Shown here in pieces: positions 31,742 to 40,918 of a DNA stretch of 64,000 nt. Under the pieces are notes generated by a model. That model did not search any database. It had not been told where the DNA came from and was given only the letters and a program-made list of their open reading frames with translations. This DNA comes from Bacteroidales bacterium (GTDB lineage: Bacteria; Bacteroidota; Bacteroidia; Bacteroidales; UBA10428), in assembly GCA_046481675.1 (NCBI GenBank), contig JAWOJJ010000147.1, forward strand, positions 16,842 through 80,841. Direction: 5' to 3'. Within the stretch, counting starts at the first letter, position 1; each line of letters starts with the position of its first letter. The position numbers and the translations under genes are program-made.

Positions 31742-32587
31742 GTGCAATTGAGTAAACTGCGACTGATACTTTACCTGTTTTTGAGCATATTGGCCTTCCC
31801 GGTAAAAGGACAATATGATTTTACCGTTTCTGATGCAGCGGGTTGCACTCCCATGAAAATAAAATATTCCCTGATCAATACTGCCACCGTTGATTCTATT
31901 GACCAGGTCACCTGGGATTTTGACAACGGAGAAACCAGCTCAAGTATAGATCCCGATACGGTAACCTATGATCAACAGGGATCATATACCCCAACTCTGG
32001 TGATCACTTTTGATAACAACTATGAACTTTGGATCACCAAAACCTCATATATCCAGGCTCACCGCACCATCAACGCCAGTTACAGCTATAAAGACACCAT
32101 CTCCGACCTGGTTTATGTTTTTGAACAAACCGCAATACTTGACACAGGAGTTGATTACACATTCGAATGGGATATTGAAGGCTTTGCCCTGAGAACCGGA
32201 ACCCGACAGGTGTATACCTTCCCTGACACAGGCTCCTATTCCGTGACATTGACGCTAACCGATGAATTTGGCTGCTCAAGCCAGGCAACAGGAGAAGTCT
32301 CCATACTCGAAGAAATCAGGATTCAGAATGTGTTTACGCCGAATAACGATGGTGATAACGACTATTTTATTGTGAATACAGGCAGTTCCCTTCCGGTCAT
32401 TGTGAAAATATTCACCCGGACGGGAGTTCTTTTGTATGAAGCTGAAGGAACCATTGTCACCTGGGATGGATACACCGCTACCGGTCAGAAGATCAAGCCC
32501 GGAATTTATTTTTATGTCATCGAGGCTTTATCCGGTGATCCCGATGGCAAGTATTCCAAAGCCGGAGCGTTGTATATGTATGAATAG
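31742..32587 (+). CDS. T9SS type-B sorting (gliding-motility C-terminal) domain protein with PKD-like domains
   Basis: GTG start and signal peptide. The C-terminal segment IQNVFTPNNDGDNDYF...GIYFYVIE is the CHU_C/type-B sorting domain signature. Confidence 0.7.
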   Translation: MQLSKLRLILYLFLSILAFPVKGQYDFTVSDAAGCTPMKIKYSLINTATVDSIDQVTWDFDNGETSSSIDPDTVTYDQQGSYTPTLVITFDNNYELWITKTSYIQAHRTINASYSYKDTISDLVYVFEQTAILDTGVDYTFEWDIEGFALRTGTRQVYTFPDTGSYSVTLTLTDEFGCSSQATGEVSILEEIRIQNVFTPNNDGDNDYFIVNTGSSLPVIVKIFTRTGVLLYEAEGTIVTWDGYTATGQKIKPGIYFYVIEALSGDPDGKYSKAGALYMYE

Positions 32588-32623
32588 CCCATACATTCCC
32601 TGATTTTCTTTCACGTATTTCTT

Positions 32624-34891
32624 ATGTCAGTTATATTAAAAAAATCCTTTCTGGTATTGTTGCTGTGTTTCTTATGGATGATATCCGGTGCACAAAACAA
32701 TACTGGCAGCAAACCCAAGATAGGCTTGGTTCTCAGTGGTGGCGGAGCCAAAGGATTGGCGCACATTGGCGTTGTTAAAGTACTCGAAGAAGCAGGCATC
32801 ATTCCCGACTATATCAGTGGAACAAGTATGGGCAGCATTGTAGGCGGTTTGTACGCCATTGGATATTCGGCAGACGATTTGTCAAAACTAAATCAAAGCA
32901 TCGACTGGCCTGTGTTGCTGACCGATTACGTGCCGTTAAGAAATGTGGCCCTGGATGAGAAGCATGACTACAAAAGATATCTCGCTGAATTTCCCATCCG
33001 GAATAAAAAAGTATCATTGCCATCGGGAATGCTTGAAGGACAGAATCTGGCCATGCTCCTGTCGGGCCTTACCTGGAGAGCGGCAGGTGTTGAATCATTC
33101 GACGAATTTCCTTATCCTTACCGTTGTGTGGGAACTGAAATCATTAAGGGGGAAATTGTGAATTTCAGCAGCGGCGATCTCGCCCTGGCAATGAGAGCCA
33201 GCATGGCTATCCCCAGTGTATTTACACCCGTAGTTTTTGACACATCCATGGTGGTGGTTGACGGAGGGGTGATCAGGAACTTTCCGGTGGAGGAAGTCAT
33301 TGAAATGGGAGCCGAAATTATTATTGGCGTTTACACAGGCTTCAAAGATATGGTAACTTCCGAAGACCTGGAATCACTCGACAAAATCCTAAGCAGGGCA
33401 ACAGCATCTTATGGTATTTATGATTCCCGCGAGCAGTCGAAAAAAGTAACCATTTTGATAACTCCCGATCTCACCAATTTTACTTCAGCTGATTTTGGAA
33501 AAAGTACGGAAATTGCAAAAGCAGGAGAAATTGCTGCCCGCGAACACTTTGACGAGTTAAAAGCATTGGCCGACAGCCTGAAACAGTACAGCGATTACAG
33601 GAAACCCGAACCAATGCAGGAGATCGACAGCATTTTTATCACCAATGTCTTTGTTAACGATCTGAAATATTACGACCAGAGCCTGGCTTATGGTAAACTG
33701 AATGTCCGTAAGAATGAATATCTCACCAGGCAGGAACTCCAGCAAGGCATGGAAAGTTTGTTCGGAACCTTATACTTTGACAAACTGACCTATCATTTTG
33801 AAAAAGAAAACCAGGGATTCCGGCTCGTTCTGAATGCCAAGGAAAAACCCCCTGCCTCATTCAGAACAGCCGTTCACTACGATAATTTCTTTGGAGCCGG
33901 ACTCATTCTGAATTTTACACAAAGTAATCTGCTGATTTCAGGTACCCGTATGACTGCTACGCTCGACCTGAGTGAATACCCGCAAGCCCGGGTTTACTAC
34001 AGGAAATACACTGGCCCGCGGATGAACACACTGGTGGGATTGGACACCTACTTTGAGTCGAATCTCATTCCCGGTTATCTCGAAGGAGAAGAGGTGGGTT
34101 ACTTCAAGCAAAACAGGGTTACTTCGGAATTTGCCCTGAAAAGAAGCTTCGACCTGAACCACCAGACCGGAATCGGACTGCTCTTTGAGTATTCTGCTGT
34201 TTACCCCAACAAATCGATGCAGACCTTATACCCGCTTGATTTAAATTACCAAAGATATGGGTTTGCCGGCTTTGGAATGAACGGCACCTTCGAGGTGAAC
34301 ACCCAGGATAACCTGATTTATCCCTTTGAAGGAACACAGGCAAACCTTTACCTGAAAGGCATCTTAAATCCCATGCTGGATATCAGGTACCTGAACGACA
34401 CACTCGAAACCGAAAGCTCGCTGAATTCATTCAGCAAGCTCTATTTTAATGTGGACAATTATCATCCCCTCGGCTCAAAACTCAATTACAACCTGGGGTT
34501 CTCACTGGGAATCAGCACCGATGAATTCATTGCTTCGGACTACTTTTTCATTGGAGGACATAAGGCCAATCTGCGCCGAAACCAGGTTGCTTTTGTAGGT
34601 TACAACCTGGGCGAAGTTATCGCAACCAACCTGATTCTGATGAAACTTGGTTTCAATTACAGGCTGTATCCCAATTTTCAGCTCGAGATGCTTACCAATG
34701 GTATGTTTACCTCATATGACTTTGACCACCTGCTGCAATCCATTATGGATATGGAGGGCGGATCATTTCATTTCGGATTCGGCGCAGGGTTGACTTACAA
34801 TACACCCATCGGACCGGCGAGTATTTTTTTCGCCGGCAACAATAAGGAAGACAAAACAACCTGGTACATCAACCTGGGATATACTTTCTGA
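32624..34891 (+). CDS. Patatin-like phospholipase with C-terminal Omp85/surface-antigen-like beta-barrel region
   Basis: GLVLSGGGAKGLAHIGV oxyanion motif, GTSMGS nucleophile elbow and VVDGGV catalytic Asp motif. 755 aa with a beta-rich C-terminus ending ...WYINLGYTF. Confidence 0.85.
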   Translation: MSVILKKSFLVLLLCFLWMISGAQNNTGSKPKIGLVLSGGGAKGLAHIGVVKVLEEAGIIPDYISGTSMGSIVGGLYAIGYSADDLSKLNQSIDWPVLLTDYVPLRNVALDEKHDYKRYLAEFPIRNKKVSLPSGMLEGQNLAMLLSGLTWRAAGVESFDEFPYPYRCVGTEIIKGEIVNFSSGDLALAMRASMAIPSVFTPVVFDTSMVVVDGGVIRNFPVEEVIEMGAEIIIGVYTGFKDMVTSEDLESLDKILSRATASYGIYDSREQSKKVTILITPDLTNFTSADFGKSTEIAKAGEIAAREHFDELKALADSLKQYSDYRKPEPMQEIDSIFITNVFVNDLKYYDQSLAYGKLNVRKNEYLTRQELQQGMESLFGTLYFDKLTYHFEKENQGFRLVLNAKEKPPASFRTAVHYDNFFGAGLILNFTQSNLLISGTRMTATLDLSEYPQARVYYRKYTGPRMNTLVGLDTYFESNLIPGYLEGEEVGYFKQNRVTSEFALKRSFDLNHQTGIGLLFEYSAVYPNKSMQTLYPLDLNYQRYGFAGFGMNGTFEVNTQDNLIYPFEGTQANLYLKGILNPMLDIRYLNDTLETESSLNSFSKLYFNVDNYHPLGSKLNYNLGFSLGISTDEFIASDYFFIGGHKANLRRNQVAFVGYNLGEVIATNLILMKLGFNYRLYPNFQLEMLTNGMFTSYDFDHLLQSIMDMEGGSFHFGFGAGLTYNTPIGPASIFFAGNNKEDKTTWYINLGYTF

Positions 34892-35467
34892 TCAGTACCT
34901 TTTGCTGATAACACCCCAGTCGAGTATGTTCCAGAATGCCTGCAAATAATCGGGACGCTTGTTCTGATAATCCAGGTAATAAGCATGCTCCCAAACATCG
35001 CAGGTTAAAAGCGGAGTCAGACCTTTCCTTAAAGGATTTCCGGCATTCGGCTCCTGAATAATTCCGAGAGAACCGTCAGGCTTTTTCACCAGCCAGGCCC
35101 AGCCTGAGCCAAACAAGGTGACAGCCGACTTGGTAAATTGCTCTTTAAAAGCGGCAAAGGAACCGAAAGCCGAGTCAATGGCAACAGCCAAGGCTCCTGA
35201 CGGCTCCCTGGAACCCGAAGGAGAAAAACTCTCAAAATAAAAGGTATGATTCCAAACCTGGGCACCGTTATTGAAAATACCTCCGTCAGCCTCACTGACG
35301 ATCTTTTCGAGAGAGGCGTTTTCAAAAGGAGTTCCGGGAACCAGGTTGTTCAGGTTGTTTACATAAGCCTGATGATGCTTCCCATAGTGAAAATCAATTG
35401 TCTGTTTGGAAATAAAAGGCTCCAGTGCATCAGCGGCATACGGTAATTTAGGTAATTCAAACGGCAT
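34892..35467 (-). CDS. sodB: Superoxide dismutase, Fe-type signature
   Basis: 191 aa with NNGAQVWNHTFYFESF and EPNAGNPL...[13 protein letters not shown]. The Gln in the AQ context and the NAG segment are the Fe-SOD pattern. Confidence 0.9.
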   Translation of the reverse strand: MPFELPKLPYAADALEPFISKQTIDFHYGKHHQAYVNNLNNLVPGTPFENASLEKIVSEADGGIFNNGAQVWNHTFYFESFSPSGSREPSGALAVAIDSAFGSFAAFKEQFTKSAVTLFGSGWAWLVKKPDGSLGIIQEPNAGNPLRKGLTPLLTCDVWEHAYYLDYQNKRPDYLQAFWNILDWGVISKRY

Positions 35468-35533
35468 GGTTTCTTGTTTTAAATAATTATATCCCTAAGA
35501 TACAACTATTTTCAGTTTTATCAAAACCAGCCA

Positions 35534-35638
35534 AACTCCGAACTCCGAACTCCGAACTCCGAACTTCGAACTCCGAACTCCGAACTCCGAACTCCGAACT
35601 CCGAACTCCGAACTCCGAACTCCGAACTCCGAACTTCT
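35534..35638. repeat. Heptanucleotide tandem array (AACTCCG)n, 14 units + degenerate 15th
   Basis: Counted unit by unit: 13 perfect AACTCCG, unit 5 is AACTTCG, and the terminal unit is AACTTCT. It occupies about 60 percent of the 176-bp spacer between the two sod genes. Confidence 0.95.
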
Positions 35639-35643
35639 CAATA

Positions 35644-36246
35644 TTACACCCCCCTGAATCGCTTATCCACCTCTTTCCAGTTTACCACATTCCAGAATGC
35701 AGCAAGGTACTCGTTTCTGCGATTCTGGTATTTCAGGTAGTAGGCATGTTCCCATACGTCAACGCCAAGAAGGGGAGTACCTTTCAGTTCGGTAACATCC
35801 ATCAGCGGATTGTCCTGGTTGGGTGTGGAAGAAATCTTCAGCTCATCTCCGGTTTTTACCAGCCAGGCCCAGCCCGATCCAAACCGCGTCATTGCCGCAT
35901 TGGTAAAAAGTTCACGGAATTTCTCAAACGATCCAAAATACCTGTTGAGCGCGTCCAACAATTCGCCACCGGGCATTCCGCCCGATCCGGGAGCCATTAT
36001 TTCCCAAAACAGGGTATGATTGTAATGACCGCCTCCATTGTTGCGAACAGCCACAGGCAGTTTTGAGATGTTTGCCATCAGGTCGGCAAGACTTTTGTTC
36101 TCCCATTCAGAGCCTGCCAGGGCATTGTTCAGGTTGGTTACGTATGCCTGGTGATGCTTCGTATGATGTATTTCCATGGTACGTGCATCTATATGCGGTT
36201 CAAGTGCCGCATATTCATATGATAATTTAGGTAATTCGAAAGCCAT
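35644..36246 (-). CDS. sodA: Superoxide dismutase, Mn-type signature
   Basis: 200 aa with [16 protein letters not shown] and [10 protein letters not shown]...[20 protein letters not shown] and the Gln in NQD are the Mn-SOD pattern, though it could be cambialistic. Confidence 0.9.
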   Translation of the reverse strand: MAFELPKLSYEYAALEPHIDARTMEIHHTKHHQAYVTNLNNALAGSEWENKSLADLMANISKLPVAVRNNGGGHYNHTLFWEIMAPGSGGMPGGELLDALNRYFGSFEKFRELFTNAAMTRFGSGWAWLVKTGDELKISSTPNQDNPLMDVTELKGTPLLGVDVWEHAYYLKYQNRRNEYLAAFWNVVNWKEVDKRFRGV

Positions 36247-36513
36247 AACAATTGAATTTTAATAAATTAATATTATTATTTTAATTTGGTCTAAATCACG
36301 GGTATGAAACCCCAAAGCAAGCTTTGGAAACTAATTCCGCAGCAGAGCTGCGGGGTATTATACCCTCCGACTTCGTCGGGATTGTTCGACTTACAAATTT
36401 CAGCTCGCTCACTCCTGAAATTTGAGTCTCACGAATAAACATTCTTACTGAAATAACATCCAGGGCGCAATAATGTTTACCATTTTGAATAAAAATGAAG
36501 ATATCTTTGCACC

Positions 36514-37770
36514 ATGGCCCTGATTTACTATATCCTCGTGCACCTGGCCTACATTGTGGCACTTCCTTTGGCGCTTTTTGACAGGAAAACCCGGCTTTGG
36601 GTTACCGGACGTTTTGGATGGCGCAGGAAAATAGTTCAATGGCAGCGTACAACTGGTCCGGTTTTCTGGTTTCATGCAGCTTCCCTGGGTGAATTCGAAC
36701 AAGGCTTGCCCGTTATGGAAAACTTGAAAGAACGCGTACCGGGGAGCCAGCTTGTGCTTACCTTTTATTCCCCGTCGGGTTATGAAGTGCGTAAAAACTT
36801 TGAAAAAGCCGATCTGGTTGTTTATCTCCCGCTTGACACCCCCTGCAATGCAAAGAAATTCATTGCCCGCATCAAACCGGATGCCGCTTTCTTTATCAAA
36901 TACGAGTTCTGGTATGGTTACCTGAAACATCTGCATGAAATGCACATTCCCTGTTTTCTCATTTCGGGTATATTCCGTCCTGAACAAGCCTTCTTCAGGT
37001 GGTATGGGTTTTGGTTCCGGAAAAACCTGGATCTGTTCAGGCACCTTTTTGTGCAGGACAAGGCATCGGAGTCGCTGCTGAATTCCGCAGGAATATCCCG
37101 GGTTACCGTTTCAGGAGATACGCGTTTCGACAGGGTAACAGCTCTTGCTGCCAAAAGACAACAGGTTGTCATTGCAGGGGATTTTTCAGAACAGGCGTTT
37201 TGCCTGGTAGCCGGAAGTACCTGGCCGGCCGATGAGGACCTGCTTGTTGAATACATCAGTAAGGCTTCCCATGGCATGAAATTCATTATGGCACCCCATG
37301 AAATAAGCCGCAACCACATCAGCCATTTGACTGCCCTGTTGAAAAACAGGCAAATTCTTTTTTCCAAGTACAACAAGGAACGGGCAAATGATAAACAGGT
37401 CCTTATTATTGACAACGTGGGCATGCTTTCTTCCTTATACCGTTATGGCCATTGTGCATACGTTGGCGGCGGATTTGGAAAAGGAATTCACAATATTCTG
37501 GAGGCCGCAGTTTACGGAATACCTGTTGTATTCGGTCCGAATTATCACAAATCAAGAGAAGCTGTTGAAATGATCGAAACGGGAGCCGCTTTTTGCGTGA
37601 AGTCGCCGGCAGAACTTACCGGTATCATTAACAAACTTGCTGCTGACAGGCAATTCCTGCAACACACTTCCCAAATGGCACGTTCATATGTTGACCAAAA
37701 CACCGGGGCTACGGAAACTATTGTACAGCATGTTGTTAATTATATATTACGGAAGTTGCCGGTTGAATAA
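36514..37770 (+). CDS. waaA: 3-deoxy-D-manno-octulosonic acid (Kdo) transferase
   Basis: 418 aa with WFHAASLGEFEQGLPVMENLK and LTFYSPSGYE segments typical of WaaA/KdtA. Confidence 0.85.
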   Translation: MALIYYILVHLAYIVALPLALFDRKTRLWVTGRFGWRRKIVQWQRTTGPVFWFHAASLGEFEQGLPVMENLKERVPGSQLVLTFYSPSGYEVRKNFEKADLVVYLPLDTPCNAKKFIARIKPDAAFFIKYEFWYGYLKHLHEMHIPCFLISGIFRPEQAFFRWYGFWFRKNLDLFRHLFVQDKASESLLNSAGISRVTVSGDTRFDRVTALAAKRQQVVIAGDFSEQAFCLVAGSTWPADEDLLVEYISKASHGMKFIMAPHEISRNHISHLTALLKNRQILFSKYNKERANDKQVLIIDNVGMLSSLYRYGHCAYVGGGFGKGIHNILEAAVYGIPVVFGPNYHKSREAVEMIETGAAFCVKSPAELTGIINKLAADRQFLQHTSQMARSYVDQNTGATETIVQHVVNYILRKLPVE

Positions 37771-37815
37771 CCGGCAATATGATATATTTGAAACTTCATT
37801 TAGCTTATTCAAATA

Positions 37816-38565
37816 ATGAAACGAATACCCGGATACCTGCTGACCCCTGTTTTTCATTGTTATTTCTGGCTGCTGCTGATCCTGTTCCACCCGGTTCAGG
37901 TTGGGGCCCACATGCTGTTTGGCGACCAGGCCCGGAAAAAAGTTGTCGATTTCCTGAACATGATACTCGTCTATGGCTTATACATGCTTGGTTGCCGTGT
38001 GAAATTCTCCGGATTTGAAAAAATACCCGGAAACAGGCCGCTCATCATTGTGGCCAACCACCAGAGCATGTATGATATTCCGGCTGTTGTTCACGGGTTC
38101 AGAAAGTTTTATCCGCGGTTCATTTCAAAAATTGAGCTGTCAAAGCATATCCCCAGCATATCTTATAACCTGAAGCATGGAAAATCGGCATTGATCGACC
38201 GCAAGCATGGTGCCCAGGCTGTGAAAGAAATATTCCGGCTTGGCAGGCTGATACAGGAACACAACCATGCTGCCTGCATATTTCCCGAAGGCACACGCAG
38301 CAAAGACGGCAAGGTAAAAAAGTTCCAGTCCGCGGGGGTGAATACACTGCTTCGTGCCGCTCCTGCTGCCGTGATTGTTCCCTTTGTTATTGACGGTCAC
38401 AGCCGGCTGATGGAAAAAGGGTACTTTCCGCTTCAGTTTGGTCAGCGCATTACCTACACGGTATTAGACCCTGTTGAACCCGCCAACCATGAAATTGATG
38501 ATATTGTAATGCGCGTACAACTGGTAATTGAGGATTTCCTTCAACGGGAAAACACCCCAAAGTGA
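37816..38565 (+). CDS. Lysophospholipid (1-acyl-sn-glycerol-3-phosphate-type) acyltransferase
   Basis: HX4D motif NHQSMYD and FPEGTRS motif, with N-terminal TM segments. Confidence 0.8.
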   Translation: MKRIPGYLLTPVFHCYFWLLLILFHPVQVGAHMLFGDQARKKVVDFLNMILVYGLYMLGCRVKFSGFEKIPGNRPLIIVANHQSMYDIPAVVHGFRKFYPRFISKIELSKHIPSISYNLKHGKSALIDRKHGAQAVKEIFRLGRLIQEHNHAACIFPEGTRSKDGKVKKFQSAGVNTLLRAAPAAVIVPFVIDGHSRLMEKGYFPLQFGQRITYTVLDPVEPANHEIDDIVMRVQLVIEDFLQRENTPK

Positions 38566-38633
38566 TACCATCAGCATGTGGCATCGGTCAAATAATTATG
38601 CATAGATTTGAAACTTAAATATAATATAGGACT

Positions 38634-39272
38634 ATGAAATCCCGGGATTTATACCAATCGCTTAAAAACCTTAAAGTAATACCCGTCGTTGCCATTGAGC
38701 AGTACGACGCAGCCCTGCCCCTTGCACATGCTCTTATTGAAGGGGGACTGCCGGTTGCTGAAGTAACCTTCCGAACCGAGGCTGCTGCAAGGGTAATTGA
38801 AAGAATGGCCAAAGAAACACCTGAGCTGCTTGTTGGCGCCGGTACCATTCTTACCGTTGACAACCTGAAGAAGGCACAGGATTGCGGGGCCAAATTTGGT
38901 GTGGCCCCCGGATTCAACCGTAAGGTTGTTGAAGCCTCTTTGAAAATGAATTTCCCTTTCTCTCCCGGGATCATGACACCCAGTGACGTGGAAGGCGCCC
39001 TGGAACTTGGTGTTAAAGTGCTGAAGTTCTTTCCTGCAGAGGCTGCCGGAGGAATCGGGATGCTTAAAAGCCTGATTGCTCCCTATGCACATGCCGGCGT
39101 TCAATTCATCCCCACCGGAGGCATTAACCTGCAAAAAGCAAAGGATTACCTGTCATTACCCCAGGTAATTGCCGTTGGCGGCACCTGGATAGCAAAAAAA
39201 GAAGACATTGCCGCCGGGAACTGGAAGGATATCCAGGATCGCTGTAAGGCTGTCAGAGATCTCCTACTGTAA
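38634..39272 (+). CDS. eda: KDPG / 4-hydroxy-2-oxoglutarate aldolase
   Basis: 212 aa with VAEVTFRT, GAGTILT and VLKFFPAEAAGG (Schiff-base Lys context) typical of Eda. Confidence 0.85.
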   Translation: MKSRDLYQSLKNLKVIPVVAIEQYDAALPLAHALIEGGLPVAEVTFRTEAAARVIERMAKETPELLVGAGTILTVDNLKKAQDCGAKFGVAPGFNRKVVEASLKMNFPFSPGIMTPSDVEGALELGVKVLKFFPAEAAGGIGMLKSLIAPYAHAGVQFIPTGGINLQKAKDYLSLPQVIAVGGTWIAKKEDIAAGNWKDIQDRCKAVRDLLL

Positions 39273-39274
39273 AA

Positions 39275-40918
39275 TCAGTTCCGGTTTTTTAATTCGAATA
39301 GTCTGAAGAAGTTGTCGTTCCCGACTTCAGCATAGGATTGATCCAGTATTTGCTTAATTCCAAGGGTAAGGCTGTCGTTCTTTAGATCAAAATCGCCCAT
39401 TACAAATACATAAGGTATTCTGTGAGGCTCACCGTTTGTTTTTAAAAGTGAAAAACATCCCGGGGCTGGGTCATTTACATAAAAATCCAGGGCAATTTGT
39501 TTGTTGTCAACTCCCCAGGCGATCAGCCTGTTTGTCTGATAAACATCTGTTCGCCATTGAACCGGAAACCATTTCAGTGCTGCCTCGTAATTTTCAAGAA
39601 CAGCAACCTGGTTTTTTCCCGCCCCCAGGTACCCCGAAATATGAGAATGCAACCAGTTATCACTGTAATTTAGCGTTAGCACCATGCTGTTGGGACTTAT
39701 CTTTTCCGATGCCTGTACGATCTGATCCACATCCTTCGAAAGATGATAAAACGATCGAAAATGGATGTTGATAAAAAAGCCGTGAACAAACAACACCACC
39801 ACCACGGCACACATCCTTATTGGTTTTGGATATTTCAGGCTACCCAGCCAGATCACGAAAAACAGGTAGAAAAGAACAATCAGCCTTTCGGTCATCAGTA
39901 TCGAATTGGGAACCAGAAAGAAAAGCACCAGAAAAACAACCGAAAAAGCAAGCCATACCAGTGACTGTTTTGAAACAGAACCCGGGCGTAACTCATTCTT
40001 GCCTTTCCTGTACCTGTTTTTTAAAAAAAGATACAGACTGCCCAGCATGAGGAATCCGAAAAAAGCCAGCAGGATGTGCGTTACCCTGATCCATGGATCA
40101 CAGAAACAAAAAGTGAGCAAGGGCCTTATGGTGGTCACATAACGAACCAGTTCACCTGTAGCCATGCGTGTGCCTTTTTCCACAGAATCAATGTTCAGAA
40201 AGTAGATACCGCTGAGAACCAAAACCGGAATTGCAGCAAGAAACAGGGTTATAAACCGCTGCCTGATTTCCCGCAGGTTGACGATTTTAAGGCCCCCGGC
40301 AGTTTTTTCGGTTTGAACCAGAAGTACCAGTATGGCAGCCAGAAACAAAAGGGTGACCAGTAACATCAGCACATGCGAAAAATACAATGCCAGTAAAAGA
40401 AGCATTAAAACAACCACATGCGGCAGGTTGATCCGGTTGCAATATTTCGCAAAATAATACGCCGTTACAAAAAGAAAGGTAAGGCCAACCGACATATTCC
40501 AAAAGCCGAAATAGAGGTTGTGGTGGTGCACAAAAATCAGCATGAAGTAGGTAAGCAGCCTGTTTTCAGGATAAAACAGCAACATGAATTTCCTGTAAAA
40601 CAAGGGCGTCAGAATAAAATAAAAGAGCAACAATGCCTTTTCCGATAGATATCCCGGCAATACAAGGTTCAATAAAGCCATCATAATATGCCCCGACCAG
40701 TTGGGAACCGGAAATTCGTTTACGCGGAAGAGATCAGTGATCAGGGAATGACCGCCAAACCAGATTTCCCTGATAAGTTGCGCGTTGTAAAGATGAGCCG
40801 GGCCGTCGAGGGTTACAAAATGCCGGAAAGCCAGTAACGGAATGGTTCCGGCCAACAACAGTACCCAGAACAGGAAAGGCTCATATCTGTTAAACCAGTC
40901 TTGTCGATACAATTTCAT
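39275..40918 (-). CDS. Polytopic membrane protein of unknown function, co-transcribed with kdsB
   Basis: 547 aa with 12 or more hydrophobic helices in the first ~400 aa and a soluble C-terminal ~140 aa. Its start overlaps the kdsB stop by 4 bp. No motif recognised. Confidence 0.5.
   Translation of the reverse strand: MKLYRQDWFNRYEPFLFWVLLLAGTIPLLAFRHFVTLDGPAHLYNAQLIREIWFGGHSLITDLFRVNEFPVPNWSGHIMMALLNLVLPGYLSEKALLLFYFILTPLFYRKFMLLFYPENRLLTYFMLIFVHHHNLYFGFWNMSVGLTFLFVTAYYFAKYCNRINLPHVVVLMLLLLALYFSHVLMLLVTLLFLAAILVLLVQTEKTAGGLKIVNLREIRQRFITLFLAAIPVLVLSGIYFLNIDSVEKGTRMATGELVRYVTTIRPLLTFCFCDPWIRVTHILLAFFGFLMLGSLYLFLKNRYRKGKNELRPGSVSKQSLVWLAFSVVFLVLFFLVPNSILMTERLIVLFYLFFVIWLGSLKYPKPIRMCAVVVVLFVHGFFINIHFRSFYHLSKDVDQIVQASEKISPNSMVLTLNYSDNWLHSHISGYLGAGKNQVAVLENYEAALKWFPVQWRTDVYQTNRLIAWGVDNKQIALDFYVNDPAPGCFSLLKTNGEPHRIPYVFVMGDFDLKNDSLTLGIKQILDQSYAEVGNDNFFRLFELKNRN

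Noticed and set aside
35534-35638. Possibility that the tandem arrays are CRISPR arrays
   Set aside because: The units are contiguous 7-mers with no unique spacers. The repeat length is far below that of CRISPR repeats, and there are no cas genes in the window.
36557-36572. Sigma-54 promoter-like string TGGCAC-ttcct-TTGGC
   Set aside because: It has G instead of C at the critical -12 GC position and lies inside the waaA coding region. Other TGGCAC occurrences have wrong spacing or no -12 element.
36445-37044. 199-aa minus-strand ORF (and 36296..36562) opposite waaA
   Set aside because: It is a shadow ORF. The plus-strand frame encodes a well-recognisable Kdo transferase, and the minus-strand product has no motifs and an unusual composition.
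38615-39134. 119-aa and 161-aa minus-strand ORFs opposite eda
   Set aside because: These are antisense shadows, and the plus frame has the Eda motifs.
38634-39272. Idea that the Eda-type aldolase in the Kdo neighbourhood is a dedicated Kdo aldolase
   Set aside because: The sequence looks like an ordinary KDPG/KHG aldolase, and adjacency alone is insufficient. There is no supporting motif evidence.
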